Positions 30,282 to 40,827 of a stretch of 64,000 bases of DNA are shown piece by piece. The notes beneath the pieces are model-generated. The model saw only the letters and a list, made by a program, of their open reading frames with translations, had not been told where the DNA came from and searched no databases. Every line of letters begins with the position of its first letter. The first letter of the stretch is position 1. Location of the stretch: the NCBI GenBank assembly GCA_035288225.1, contig DATEAT010000036.1:10612-74611 (forward strand). The letters run 5' to 3'. Origin of the DNA: Anaerolineales bacterium. Its GTDB lineage: Bacteria > Chloroflexota > Anaerolineae > Anaerolineales > RBG-16-64-43. The translations under genes were made by a program, and so were the position numbers.

Positions 30282-30599
30282 TCACGTGCCGCGCGCGGTG
30301 TCACTTTCTTCCACGGGAAAAGAAGCCAGGATCGCCCGCATGCGTTCACGGTCGTCCGCGGTCAATTCCGTTCGCAGGGCCGGCCCAAGCGCGCCGGCAA
30401 GCGCGCGCTCCCAGCACGAGCGCCGGTCATGAAGATACGCGCCCCGGCCGGGCGCCTTGCCTGTCGGGTCAACTTGCAGCCCATCCGGCGACCGCACCAC
30501 GCGCATCAAAGTCCGCTTGGGCAGCACTTCGCGGCAGCCGATGCACGTCCGCTGGGCGACGTGTTTGGTGCGAGGCGCGCCTTTGCGCCGCAGGCTCAT
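30282..30599 (-). CDS. ylxR: YlxR/RnpM-family RNA-binding protein
   Basis: QRTCIGCR, DPTGKAPGRGAY; between nusA and infB; start could also be GTG 30620. Confidence 0.9.
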   Translation of the reverse strand: MSLRRKGAPRTKHVAQRTCIGCREVLPKRTLMRVVRSPDGLQVDPTGKAPGRGAYLHDRRSCWERALAGALGPALRTELTADDRERMRAILASFPVEESDTARGT

Positions 30600-30629
30600 G
30601 GCGTCCGCCGGGCGGCTCACGCCGCCAGA

Positions 30630-32474
30630 CTATTCCTCCGGAGGATCCCATTCGCGCAGGCGGCTGGCCTTGCGTGTACGATGGGCCACGGTCACCCCGA
30701 GGTCCGGGTCGAGAACAAGGGTGACTTGCTTCTTCTTCTTGCCTTTCTTCTTCTTGCCCGTGCCGCCCTCTTCTTCCTCGGCTTCCTCTTCAACGACCTC
30801 GCCGGTAGGCAGGGTGCCGGGCAGGGCGGGGGCCTCGCCGGCCTCCGTCGTCTCAGCCACAGCCTCGGCGGGTGCACCCTCCGCTCCCGCAGCCTGTGCC
30901 GCCACCGGCGCACCTTCGGCCATATCCGGAGCCTCCGCCGCAACCTCGACTGCGACCGGTTCGGGCTCAACCACTTTCGCCGAAAGGATCGCAGTCTGCA
31001 GCCGTGAGCGTAGATCCTCCAAGCTGCGGGCGCCGACTTCAGGCAGCCCCAATATCGAATCCGGGTCGAGCGTCAGTTGCTCGAAAGCCTGAGCGATGTT
31101 GGTGAGGCCGGCCCCGGTCAGCGCGGCCACCAGCGGCTCATCGAGCCCAATCTCGCTGAGGGGGATCTCGTACGCCGGCTGGGGGATGTTCTTGCGGATC
31201 TCGGCCAGCCGCCGCGCCTGTGCCTTGCGCCGGCTTTCCCGCTGTTGCGAGAGGGCCGACTCCACCAGGCTGACCAACTGCTCCATGGCTTGGTAGTCTT
31301 CAGGCGGCAGCGGGCGGCCTTCGGCCTTTTTGGCCAAGGCCTCGCTCACCGGCTTCACCAGCTCTGCGTGCTGCTCGGCGAGTTCGGCCAGCCCAGGATC
31401 GCTGGTTAGTTTGGCCAGCGCGTCGGAGGTCGCTTCCGGGATGCTCTTGATGTCGATCCGCCATCCGGTCAGCTTGGCCCCCAGCCGCGCGTTCACTCCC
31501 TCGCGGCCGATGGCCAGGCTCAGTTGGTCTTCGGAGACGACGACCAGGGCCGTCTTGCCGCGCTGCGGGTCGTCATCCAGGTACACCCCGGCCACCCGCG
31601 CCGGGCTGAGCGCCTTGGCAATGAAGGCCGCCGGGTCCGGGTTCCACTCGATGACGTCGATCTTCTCGTCGTGCAGCTCGCGCACGATGGCCTGGATTCG
31701 CCCGCCGCGCATGCCCACGCAGGCACCCACCGGGTCGAGGTTGGCCTGCAGCGCGGTCACCGCCACCTTCGAGCGGATGCCCGGCTCGCGGGCGATGCCT
31801 TTGATCTCGACCATGCCTTGGTAGATCTCGGGCACTTCCGCTTCGAGCAGGCGCCGCAGCATGCTGCGATCGGCGCGTGAGAGCGTGATTTGCGGCCCGC
31901 GCGGTGTTCGCGAAACGTCCAAGAGATATGCGCGGATGCGATCGCGCGGTCGATAACGTTCTGTGGGCAATTGCTCGCGCTTGGGGAGCACCGCTTCGGC
32001 GCGGCCCAGGGTGACGGTCACCGCTTGCGCGCCCACCGCTTGTATCGTCCCGTGGACGATCTCGCCCTTGCGCGCCGACCACTCGTCAAACTGCTTGTCG
32101 CGCTCGGCGTCGCGCAGCCGTTGATGGACGATCTGCTTCGCAGTCTGCGTGGCGATGCGCCCGAAATCCTTGGGCGTGCTCTCCACCAGGATCAGCCCGC
32201 CCAGCTCGGCCTTTGGGTCCACTAACTGCGCATCGGTCAGGGTGACCTCGGTGCGCTCATCCTGAACGTCTTCGACGATTTCCTTCTCGGCGAAGATCTG
32301 GATCGTGCCTTTGGTGATGTCGACCTTGGCTTCCACCTGTTGTGCGTTGGAGGCATTGACCGCGCGGCGATAGGCGTTGACCAGCGCCGTCTCAAGCACT
32401 GAGAGCACCACCTCGCGAGGCAGGCCGTAATGCTCCAGCACCTCGTTGAAGGCCAAGATGAACTCGCTTTTCAT
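30630..32474 (-). CDS. nusA: Transcription termination factor NusA with extended C-terminus
   Basis: [38 protein letters not shown]. Confidence 0.96.
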   Translation of the reverse strand: MKSEFILAFNEVLEHYGLPREVVLSVLETALVNAYRRAVNASNAQQVEAKVDITKGTIQIFAEKEIVEDVQDERTEVTLTDAQLVDPKAELGGLILVESTPKDFGRIATQTAKQIVHQRLRDAERDKQFDEWSARKGEIVHGTIQAVGAQAVTVTLGRAEAVLPKREQLPTERYRPRDRIRAYLLDVSRTPRGPQITLSRADRSMLRRLLEAEVPEIYQGMVEIKGIAREPGIRSKVAVTALQANLDPVGACVGMRGGRIQAIVRELHDEKIDVIEWNPDPAAFIAKALSPARVAGVYLDDDPQRGKTALVVVSEDQLSLAIGREGVNARLGAKLTGWRIDIKSIPEATSDALAKLTSDPGLAELAEQHAELVKPVSEALAKKAEGRPLPPEDYQAMEQLVSLVESALSQQRESRRKAQARRLAEIRKNIPQPAYEIPLSEIGLDEPLVAALTGAGLTNIAQAFEQLTLDPDSILGLPEVGARSLEDLRSRLQTAILSAKVVEPEPVAVEVAAEAPDMAEGAPVAAQAAGAEGAPAEAVAETTEAGEAPALPGTLPTGEVVEEEAEEEEGGTGKKKKGKKKKQVTLVLDPDLGVTVAHRTRKASRLREWDPPEE

Positions 32475-32518
32475 TGTTCTTTCTATCTCCGTCCAGGGGC
32501 GAATGGCCGCCTATTACG

Positions 32519-32547
32519 CAGAAAAGTGGGGGACACCCACTTTTCTG
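32519..32547 (-). promoter_or_regulatory. Leader hairpin / attenuator upstream of nusA
   Basis: Perfect 12-bp inverted repeat CAGAAAAGTGGG-N5-CCCACTTTTCTG between a TGcTAGAAT -10 (32583-32591) and the nusA start. Confidence 0.65.
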
Positions 32548-32691
32548 AACCCAACGACCTCAACCGAGAGAAACCTACTGAGATTCTAGCACATTCGTCG
32601 CCCGCCAGCAAGACCCGGTTTGCCGTTGCCCACCGGCAACAGCCGGCAGCCCCGTCCCCGGCACGTGCCTCGTGCCGCTGCTTTGCCTGCC

Positions 32692-33027
32692 TCAGGCCGT
32701 CGGCGTAAGGAAGGTCTCAAAAACCTCACGCAGCATCGCCTCCGGCAGGGCGCCCATCTGACGGTTCACCGGCTCGCCCTGGCGGAAAAAGATCAGCGTC
32801 GGGATGCCGCGGACGTCATATCGTTCTGCCAGGCCCTGGTTGTCGTCGGTATTGACTTTGGCCACCAACAACCGGCCGTCGAATTCCTCGGCCAACTTCT
32901 CTAGGGCCGGGGCGATCATCCGGCACGGCCCGCACCATGGGGCCCAGAAATCCACCACGACCGGCATCGGCGCGTGCAGTACCTGAGTCTCGAAATCGGT
33001 TTCGCTTACGTGCATTGGCTGCGGCAT
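32692..33027 (-). CDS. trxA: Thioredoxin
   Basis: DFWAPWCGPC, GIPT. Confidence 0.96.
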   Translation of the reverse strand: MPQPMHVSETDFETQVLHAPMPVVVDFWAPWCGPCRMIAPALEKLAEEFDGRLLVAKVNTDDNQGLAERYDVRGIPTLIFFRQGEPVNRQMGALPEAMLREVFETFLTPTA

Positions 33028-33443
33028 GTGTACTCCTGCGGGTCCCTGTGGTCGTGATGTATGCCCCTTGGCGAAGCGGCTCCCGCCCGAATGCGCGAGC
33101 GTGATCCCATTGTGCCGCCGTTTTGGGTCTCTTACATGGGATATCGGTCACGTCTCCCGCAGTCCATTCGTCCTTGCCGGACCCCGCGCGTTGCATGCTC
33201 ACGCCCTTGGGCCATCGTGTGAGAAGCCTTCGGATGTCCGGCGAGATCGACCGCCCACCGCTGCGGGTGTTGCCCGCCGGTCATGCCTTACGGCCGCGCC
33301 CGCCGCGAAGCATGGGGCGAGGGTCGAGAGGCTTGGGGCAGCCCATGCGCTCGCCGCCCCGTCCGCACCCGCGGCTCGAATCGCTCCATGCGGCGAGGCG
33401 CGATGGGCATTGTATAATCGGGTGAGTTCAACCGAGGCAGTCG

Positions 33444-34217
33444 ATGCCCGAGACGATCCTGAGCCACCCGAGCTATACCGTCCAGCTCCCCGTTTTTGAG
33501 GGGCCGCTCGATTTGCTGTTGCACCTCATCGAGCGGGCCGAGCTGGATATCACGCGTGTGGCCCTAGCCCAGGTCACGGACCAGTTCTTGGGCTATCTGG
33601 CATCGATGCAGGAACGCCACCTGGAAGAAGTGGTCGGCTTTCTGGTCATTGCCGCCCGCCTGTTGCAGATCAAGAGCGAGGCCCTGCTCCCGCGGCCGCC
33701 GCAGCGCGAAGTGGGGGAAGAGGATCCGGGCGAAGAGCTCGCCCGCCTGTTGCGCCTCTACCGTGCCTTCAAGCGCTCGGCCGAGTTTCTTCACTATCGC
33801 GAGCAGTTGGGGCTGCGCAGCTACGTTCGTCTGGCGCCGCCCCCGCGCGTGCCGCCGCGCTTCGACCTGAGCACGGTGACCCTCGCCGACCTGACTCGTG
33901 CCGCGGCCACGGTGCTCTCCCGCGCGCCCGAGCCGCCGCCCCTCAACCTGATGGTCAGCGCGCCCAAGGTGACCATTCGCGAACAGATCCGCCGCATCGC
34001 CGATGCGATCCGCGCCGATGGGAAAGCTGCCTTCCACCGGGTTATCCGTGGCTTCCAAACCAAGATGGAAGTGGTGGTGGCCTTTCTGGCGATGCTGGAA
34101 CTGGTCAAGCGGCGCCAAGTCGTGGCCCGTCAATTCGAGCTGTTCGGCGAGATCGAATTGGTCCCGACCGAAACCTGGAACGATCAGGCGGATTTTGAAC
34201 TTGAGTTTGGCGAGTAG
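33444..34217 (+). CDS. scpA: Segregation/condensation protein A (kleisin)
   Basis: FEGPLDLLLHLI, KSEALLP, FLAMLELVK, QFELFGEI. Confidence 0.94.
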   Translation: MPETILSHPSYTVQLPVFEGPLDLLLHLIERAELDITRVALAQVTDQFLGYLASMQERHLEEVVGFLVIAARLLQIKSEALLPRPPQREVGEEDPGEELARLLRLYRAFKRSAEFLHYREQLGLRSYVRLAPPPRVPPRFDLSTVTLADLTRAAATVLSRAPEPPPLNLMVSAPKVTIREQIRRIADAIRADGKAAFHRVIRGFQTKMEVVVAFLAMLELVKRRQVVARQFELFGEIELVPTETWNDQADFELEFGE

Positions 34218-34304
34218 CGGCCCAGACTGCCGCGGGAGCGCGCCTCTCAAGCCTCAAGCGCACTCCGCCGGTAACGACATCTTCCTCTTTCTGCGCGAGT
34301 CCTG

Positions 34305-36053
34305 ATGCCTATCCGCCTGTTGCCGCCTGAGCTGACCGCAAAGATCGCCGCGGGCGAGGTCGTCGAGCGGCCGGCCTCGGTCGTCAAGGAACTGCTCGAA
34401 AACGCGCTGGATGCCGGTGCGCGGAGCATTGCCGTCGAGATTGAGGCCGCCGGCACTCGGCGCATTCGTGTCACCGACGACGGCCGCGGAATCCCCTCGG
34501 CCGAAATCACCCTGGCCCTGGCGCGACACGCCACGAGCAAACTGGCGCAGGCCGAAGACCTCGAACACATCACCACCCTCGGCTTTCGCGGCGAAGCGCT
34601 GGCCTCGATTGCCTCTGTCGCACGCGTGACGCTGGCCAGCCGCAGCGCGGACGAGGCCAAGGGCGCGCAGGTGCATGTTGAGGGGGGCAGCGGTGGCGCA
34701 GTTCAACCTGTCGGTGCGCCGCCCGGCACCACGGTAACCGTGGAAGATCTGTTTTTCGCCGTACCCGCGCGACTGAAGTTTCTCAAGTCCGAACTTACGG
34801 AGCGACGGCAAATCGAACTGGTGGTCTCGCGCTACGCTCTGGCTTACCCCCAGGTGCGTTTCGCGCTGGATGTTGGCGGGCGGCCGGCGCTGCGCTCGAG
34901 CGGCAGCGGTGACAGGCGCGAGGCCTTGGCCAGCGTATTCGGGCTCGACGAAGCGCGGCAGATGCTCGAGCTTCAGCCGCCGCCCGTGGCGGGCGACATC
35001 ATCGTCAGCGGATTCGCCAGCCCGCCCAGTCTCACTCGCTCCAACCGCAAGGAGATCATCCTCTTCGTCAATGGCCGCTGGATACAGGATGCGGCGCTGA
35101 CGGCGGCCGTCGTCCAGGCTTACCACACTTTGCTGATGATCGGCCGCTACCCGATGGCGGCGGTCTTCATCGCGTTGCCCACGGAAGACGTGGATGTCAA
35201 CGTTCACCCGGCCAAGAGCGAGGTCCGCTTCCGTTCCGCAGAACGCGTCTTCTCGGCCGTGCAGCGCACATTGCGCACCACACTCATGCACTCAGGCGCG
35301 GGCGTCGCCGCGGCCGCCTCCGACTGGCGCGGGGCGGGGTGGGTGGCCCACGTTGAGCCATCCGCGGCGATCGCCTGGCCAGATCGATCATCCCTTCAAG
35401 CAGCACCCGCAACCGACTCCGGCGCGCCGCCAGCCCCGATCTCGCTTCCCGCCAGCGCGGTGCTGCCGCATGTCCACCTTCCGCTTCTGCGAGTGATCGG
35501 CCAGGTGGGCACGACCTACATCGTAGCCGAAGGGCCCGATGGCCTGTACCTGATCGATCAGCATGCGGCGCACGAGCGCGTGTTGTTCGAACAATTCCTT
35601 CGCGAGCGGGATGAACATCGCATTTCGCAGCCGATGCTCGCTCCGGTGGTCTTCGAGGTGCCCGCCGCGCAGGCCGGCCTGCTCCAGGCCGAGCTGGAAA
35701 CACTGCAACGCCTCGGCTTCGATATTCAACCGTTTGGCGGCTCGAGCTTCCAGGTGCGCGCTGTTCCGCAACTGGTGCAGGGGGCAGATCCGGTGCAGGC
35801 GGTGCGCGCGGTGGTTGAGGAATTCGAGGAAGACGAAACACCCCTGGCCCGCGAAAAGGAGCGACGCCTCATCGCCCGCATCTGCAAGCGCGTGGCGGTG
35901 AAGGGTGGCCAGACGCTCAGCTCCAGCGAGCAGGAGGATCTTGTCTCGCGGCTCGAGGCCTGCGACTCACCGCGCACCTGCCCGCATGGACGGCCGACGA
36001 TGGTCCACCTTTCCGTCGACCTGCTCGAACGCCAATTCGGTCGCAGGGGTTGA
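34305..36053 (+). CDS. mutL: DNA mismatch repair endonuclease MutL
   Basis: IAAGEVVERPAS, GFRGEAL, DVNVHP, DQHAAHER, CPHGRP. Confidence 0.97.
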   Translation: MPIRLLPPELTAKIAAGEVVERPASVVKELLENALDAGARSIAVEIEAAGTRRIRVTDDGRGIPSAEITLALARHATSKLAQAEDLEHITTLGFRGEALASIASVARVTLASRSADEAKGAQVHVEGGSGGAVQPVGAPPGTTVTVEDLFFAVPARLKFLKSELTERRQIELVVSRYALAYPQVRFALDVGGRPALRSSGSGDRREALASVFGLDEARQMLELQPPPVAGDIIVSGFASPPSLTRSNRKEIILFVNGRWIQDAALTAAVVQAYHTLLMIGRYPMAAVFIALPTEDVDVNVHPAKSEVRFRSAERVFSAVQRTLRTTLMHSGAGVAAAASDWRGAGWVAHVEPSAAIAWPDRSSLQAAPATDSGAPPAPISLPASAVLPHVHLPLLRVIGQVGTTYIVAEGPDGLYLIDQHAAHERVLFEQFLRERDEHRISQPMLAPVVFEVPAAQAGLLQAELETLQRLGFDIQPFGGSSFQVRAVPQLVQGADPVQAVRAVVEEFEEDETPLAREKERRLIARICKRVAVKGGQTLSSSEQEDLVSRLEACDSPRTCPHGRPTMVHLSVDLLERQFGRRG

Positions 36054-36176
36054 GGCGCGGCGGCGTGTTGCGCGGTCGTTCACGCAACGATGCCCGGCGT
36101 AACGAGAGACCTGCTCCGCCACTCAATTGAATCGTGCGAAGGATGAAGGAGGCGCCGGCGATCGGGCTTGGCGGCG

Positions 36177-36662
36177 CTAGCTCTTGCCTGCGGGGAAGTC
36201 CGGCGGGGTGAGACCCCCACGTTCGCTGTTGATCTTGGCGATTCCGTTGCGCACCTGCGAGAGCAGGTGGGTGATTTCGGCTTCGAGCTTGGAAAGCGAT
36301 TCGAGCACGTACTCGTCGGCGTCTCGGCGCATGCCTTCCGCCTCCTGGCGCGCTTGGGTGAGGATCAGCTCGGCGCGCGATTGGGCGGCGGTCGTGATCG
36401 CGTCCTGCGTCACGAGCGTCTCGATCCGCTGGCGCCCCAGCTCAACCGTTCGCTGCGATTCCTCCTGAGCCTGAGCGAGAAGCCGGTCGCGTTGGGCCAG
36501 CACCTGCTGCGCCTTCTTGACCTCTTCGGGGATGGTCACACGCAGCTGGTCGATCAGTTCGAGGAATCGATCCTCGTTGACGATCGTGTCGTTGGTGAAA
36601 GGGAAATGTCGGCCACTGTTGAACAGCTCCTCCAACCGATCGACGAGGTGAAGGATGTCCAT
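36177..36662 (-). CDS. Coiled-coil protein of the coaD-downstream family (SepIVA/DivIVA-like)
   Basis: MDILHLVDRLEEL...IPEEVKKAQQV...ADEYV...VRNG; located after coaD. Confidence 0.7.
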   Translation of the reverse strand: MDILHLVDRLEELFNSGRHFPFTNDTIVNEDRFLELIDQLRVTIPEEVKKAQQVLAQRDRLLAQAQEESQRTVELGRQRIETLVTQDAITTAAQSRAELILTQARQEAEGMRRDADEYVLESLSKLEAEITHLLSQVRNGIAKINSERGGLTPPDFPAGKS

Positions 36663-36853
36663 GGCTGCCTCCGACCCGGGGGCCTGCGCAAGGGATACGT
36701 GGCCGGCACTCACCGGCGCACGGCGGCCGACTGTCACGGTTCCCCGCCTTGCACCGACCGCCTGCAACGTTCCATGCAAGCGTACACTGAATTGTATCGG
36801 CCGTCAATTCGGCGCCTTATCGTGCGCGCCGCGCGGCCCCTTGACCAAACCGG

Positions 36854-37381
36854 TCAGTCGCGCAAAGAGGTCATGGGCACGAGGCGCTGGCCTTCCTCGC
36901 CCAATTCGGCGAAACGGCGGGTGAGGGCGGTCGCAACATGCGGCGGCACCATGCTGCTGACGTCGCCGCCCAGCATGGCGATCTCACGCACGGTGCTCGA
37001 TGAAAGGAAGGTGTGTTCCTCGCTGGTGATGAGCGCCATGACCTCGATCCCGCTCACCAGGCGATGGTTGGCGAGAGCCATTCGGAATTCGTGTTCGAAA
37101 TCCGAAAACACCCTCAGGCCGCGCACGATCACTTGGGCGTTGATGCTGCGGCAGAACTCCACCGTCAGGCCGCTGTAACCGGTCACCCGGAAGCGGTCCT
37201 GCCCCGCCAGTGAGCGCCGCACCAGGTCCAGGCGCTCTTCCGGGCTGAAGAGGAGGCTCTTGAGCGGGCGGTCGTATACCGCCACAACCACTTCCTCGAA
37301 GAGGCGCGCGGCCCGTTGCGCAATGTCGATGTGGCCGTGGTGGATCGGGTCGAAGGTTCCTGGGAAGACGGCGCGGACCAT
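36854..37381 (-). CDS. coaD: Phosphopantetheine adenylyltransferase
   Basis: FPGTFDPIHHGH, VRGLR, DFEHE, LSSSTVRE. Confidence 0.96.
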   Translation of the reverse strand: MVRAVFPGTFDPIHHGHIDIAQRAARLFEEVVVAVYDRPLKSLLFSPEERLDLVRRSLAGQDRFRVTGYSGLTVEFCRSINAQVIVRGLRVFSDFEHEFRMALANHRLVSGIEVMALITSEEHTFLSSSTVREIAMLGGDVSSMVPPHVATALTRRFAELGEEGQRLVPMTSLRD

Positions 37382-39909
37382 CAGGACACATCTCCTTGTC
37401 CGGGCATCCACAAGGCGGCCAGTCGCTCGGCCAGGAGTTGGTGCTCCGGACGCTCAAGGCGCGGATCGGCCTCATACAGCCGTCGGGCGGCAGCGCGTGC
37501 CTGTTCGATAAGTTGCAGGTCGGTCAGCTTGGCCAGGCGCAGGTCGGCGTATCCAGATTGCCGCGTGCCGAGAAAGTCGCCCGGGCCGCGCTGTTCGAGA
37601 TCGCGTTCGGCCAGGATGAAACCGTCGTGGGTCTCCTCCATGGCCTTCAGCCGTTCATTGTCGGCCTCGTTCTCGGAATCGGCAACCAGCAGGCAAGAGG
37701 ACGCATAAGGCCCGCGTCCTACGCGGCCGCGGAATTGGTGCAGTTGAGCCAGCCCGAACCGGTTGGCCCCCTCGACCATCATCACCGTGGCGTTCGGAAT
37801 GTCGACGCCCACCTCCACCACGGAGGTGCTCACCAGCACGTGCACCTCGCCGTCGCGGAAGCGCCGCATCACGTTCTCTTTCTCATCCGCCTTCAGCCGG
37901 CCGTGGAGCAAGCCCAGCTGCCAATCGGGGAACACCTCTTTTTGCAGGCGCTGGTGTTCCTCTACCGCCGAGGCCGCCTCGGTCGTTTCGGATTCTTCAA
38001 CCAGCGGGCAGATGATGAAGGCCTGTCGCCCTTGGCGCAGTTGGCCAATGATGTAGGCATAGGCTCGCTCGCGCTCGGTGGGCAGCATCACCCGCGTCGT
38101 GGTCGGCTCGCGCCCCGGGGGCATCTCATCCAGCAGCGCCAGGTCCAGATCGCCATACACTGTCAGCGCCAACGAACGCGGGATGGGAGTGGCCGTCATT
38201 ACCAGCAGATGCGGCGTGCCGCCCTTGGCTCGCAGCGCGGCGCGCTGCTCTACGCCGAAGCGGTGTTGCTCGTCAATTACCGCCAGGTCCAGGTGGGCGA
38301 ATTTCACGGTCGGTTCGAGTAGCGCGTGGGTACCGATCACTACCCTTATCTTTCCCGCGGCCAGACCCTCGCGGATGGCGGCCTTTTCGCTTTCGGGTGT
38401 GGAGCCAAGCAGCAAAGCGATCTCGTCACGGCGCACGGGGTAGGCCGAAGACTCGCCGGGGTTGTCCGCCTCTCCGGTCAAGAAGCGTGTGAAGGTGCGG
38501 AAGTGCTGCTCGGCCAAGATGCTCGTGGGTGCCAGTATGGCCACCTGGCCTTGGTGGCAGGCCACGACATACGCCGCGCCGGCGGCAACGGCTGTTTTTC
38601 CCGATCCGACGTCACCCTGCAGCAAGCGGTTCATCGGCCGACCCGACGCCAGATCGGCCAGTATCTCTCCCAAGGCGCGCTCCTGAGCCGCCGTCAGCGC
38701 ATAGCCCAAACCGGATTTCCACTCGGCCAAGTTCTCCGGGGCGGGAAACGAGGTGGCTTGCGTTTGCTCCCAATCGGCCTTCTGTTGCAGCACGCCGATT
38801 TGCAGGCACAGCAGTTCGTCAAAGGCCAACCGGCGCTGAGCTGCGCGCAGGCTCTCCCATGAGTCCGGGAAATGCGCCTGCTGCAGCGCCGCACTCATCC
38901 CCATCCACCCGCCATTCTTGAGCAGATCGCTCGGCAGCGGCTCGGGCATGCGTGGGGCCCAGTAGCGGACGGTGCTCTCCATCATGCGCCGCATCGATTT
39001 CTGATACAGGCCGGAGGTCAGGCCGTAGATTGGGACGATACGTCGGGTGTGTAATTGCTGGCGCTCCACCAGCTCCCACTCCGGGCTGGTCATTGTCAGG
39101 CGGCCCAGGTATTGATCGATGCGCCCGGAAAGCGCCAGCATATCCCCCTTGCGGAAGCGCTGGGCCAGCCAGGGCTGGTTGAACCAGGTGACGCGCATCG
39201 CGCCGCTGCCGTCGCTCACCACGGCTTCGACGATGACCCGCTGCCCACCACGGGTGCGGCGAGTCTCGACCGAGTCGAGCGCACCGATCACGGTGACCAC
39301 CTCGCCATACCATAGCCGATTGATGGGTTTGAGGCTCGAATAATCGACGAAGCGGCGTGGAAGGAACCACAGCAGATCGCCCAGGTTGAAGAGCCCAAGG
39401 CGTTCCATAGTCTGCGCCGTTTGAGGCCCCACCCCTTTGATGACGGTGAGCGGGGACTTGAGCGCCGACAGATCGCGCGCCGGCGGCTCGCCCGGCGGCT
39501 GAAGCTGGGCGTGCTCCGCTCGAGAGGGTGAGGGGGCGTCTTCACTCGTGGAAGCGGCGGGCTCAACGGCTGCAGTCAAGGGGGCAGGCGCCGAAGCCGA
39601 CATCGTCGGGCGTGAAGGGGTCGCATGGGTGGGGACCGACCCATCCGCTGGCTCCACCGCCTGCGTGCCGCTCAGGTTGTGCCACAGGCCGCGCAACATT
39701 TCTTCGCGCGAAGCGGGCGAGAGGCGGTCGTAATCGCGCAGCCGGCTCTCCACAAGTTGGATGGCGCGCGCAGGCAGACCTCCGGCCTGGGCCTCCTGCG
39801 TCCAACTCTCCAGGATGCGCTCCAAGCCGCCCATCACGGCGCGGTTGTCGTAGCCGCGTTCGGCCTCAAGGCTGATGATCTTGCTGAGTCGTTCGAGGGC
39901 AGAATTCAT
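37381..39909 (-). CDS. recG: ATP-dependent DNA helicase RecG with N-terminal extension
   Basis: QGDVGSGKT, DEQHRFG, TATPIPRSL, HQFRGRVGRG, RGPGDFLG. Confidence 0.97.
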   Translation of the reverse strand: MNSALERLSKIISLEAERGYDNRAVMGGLERILESWTQEAQAGGLPARAIQLVESRLRDYDRLSPASREEMLRGLWHNLSGTQAVEPADGSVPTHATPSRPTMSASAPAPLTAAVEPAASTSEDAPSPSRAEHAQLQPPGEPPARDLSALKSPLTVIKGVGPQTAQTMERLGLFNLGDLLWFLPRRFVDYSSLKPINRLWYGEVVTVIGALDSVETRRTRGGQRVIVEAVVSDGSGAMRVTWFNQPWLAQRFRKGDMLALSGRIDQYLGRLTMTSPEWELVERQQLHTRRIVPIYGLTSGLYQKSMRRMMESTVRYWAPRMPEPLPSDLLKNGGWMGMSAALQQAHFPDSWESLRAAQRRLAFDELLCLQIGVLQQKADWEQTQATSFPAPENLAEWKSGLGYALTAAQERALGEILADLASGRPMNRLLQGDVGSGKTAVAAGAAYVVACHQGQVAILAPTSILAEQHFRTFTRFLTGEADNPGESSAYPVRRDEIALLLGSTPESEKAAIREGLAAGKIRVVIGTHALLEPTVKFAHLDLAVIDEQHRFGVEQRAALRAKGGTPHLLVMTATPIPRSLALTVYGDLDLALLDEMPPGREPTTTRVMLPTERERAYAYIIGQLRQGRQAFIICPLVEESETTEAASAVEEHQRLQKEVFPDWQLGLLHGRLKADEKENVMRRFRDGEVHVLVSTSVVEVGVDIPNATVMMVEGANRFGLAQLHQFRGRVGRGPYASSCLLVADSENEADNERLKAMEETHDGFILAERDLEQRGPGDFLGTRQSGYADLRLAKLTDLQLIEQARAAARRLYEADPRLERPEHQLLAERLAALWMPGQGDVS

Positions 39910-39957
39910 GAAGATGGATTATACGCGGGGAGCCGCCTGCCGACGCGGACCGCGGGG

Positions 39958-40812
39958 CTAGGCGCGCCGAATGCCTGCCAGCCCCACCGCCCCTTGCCCG
40001 GTGTGAATGCCAATGACCGGCGTGGCTTCGACAAGCCAAGGGGTGCCCGTGCCAAACAAGGTTTCCAGGCCGGGCAGCGCCGCCAGATGCTCCAGCAGCC
40101 CGCGGGCCTCGTTCTCGGCGCCCACATGCAGCACAGCCAGCCGCTCCATCACGCCCCAGCTGCGCGCCACCTCCACCAGGTGCAGCAGACCGCGGGCTCG
40201 CGTGCGCACTTCTGAGAGCTTGCGCACCGTACCTTCGGCCACCGTGACCACCAGCCGGACTTGCAGCAGGCTGCCCAGCTCGGCGCGCAGCCAGGAGATC
40301 CGCCCGCTGCGGCGCAGATTCTCCAGACGATCGACCATCGCAATCAGCTGTGCGCGAGGTTTGATTTGATCGAGGAACTGGAGCAGCTGAACGGCCGTCG
40401 CGCCGCGTAGGGCTGCTTCGGCCGCGGCCATCACCTGAAAACCCAGGCCGAGCGAGACCTGTTCGCTGTCGAAAAGATGCACCTTGCCGCGGAACTTCTG
40501 GGCGGCAACCAGTGCCGCATTCGTCATGCCGCTCAACTTAGAGGAAATGTGGATTGAGAGAATCTCGCTTACCCCCCGCGCGAACAGACGGTGGTAGGCC
40601 TCTTCAAACGTACCACTGGAAGGCGCGGCGGTGGTGGGCAGGCGGGCGAGATCTGGGATGCGTTCGTACATCTGGCTGCGCGTGATGTCGATGCCCTCGC
40701 GCAGTGCCGTGCCGTCCATCACGATCACCGCGGGCACGACCTGGATGCCCAGCCGCTCGGCTTCGGCCGCAGGGATGTCTGCCGTGCTGTCGGTGACGAT
40801 GCCCGTGGGCAT
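39958..40812 (-). CDS. DegV/FakB fatty-acid-binding protein
   Basis: IVTDSTAD, PTTAAPS, SSKLSG, GGRI-like SGRI, IHTG. Confidence 0.92.
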   Translation of the reverse strand: MPTGIVTDSTADIPAAEAERLGIQVVPAVIVMDGTALREGIDITRSQMYERIPDLARLPTTAAPSSGTFEEAYHRLFARGVSEILSIHISSKLSGMTNAALVAAQKFRGKVHLFDSEQVSLGLGFQVMAAAEAALRGATAVQLLQFLDQIKPRAQLIAMVDRLENLRRSGRISWLRAELGSLLQVRLVVTVAEGTVRKLSEVRTRARGLLHLVEVARSWGVMERLAVLHVGAENEARGLLEHLAALPGLETLFGTGTPWLVEATPVIGIHTGQGAVGLAGIRRA

Positions 40813-40827
40813 AGGAGCCTCCGTGGC

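Noticed and set aside
33028..33443. 415-bp trxA-scpA intergenic region as a possible sRNA or small ORF
   Set aside because: Only a TATAAT at 33413 is evident; no convincing structure, repeat or coding signal.
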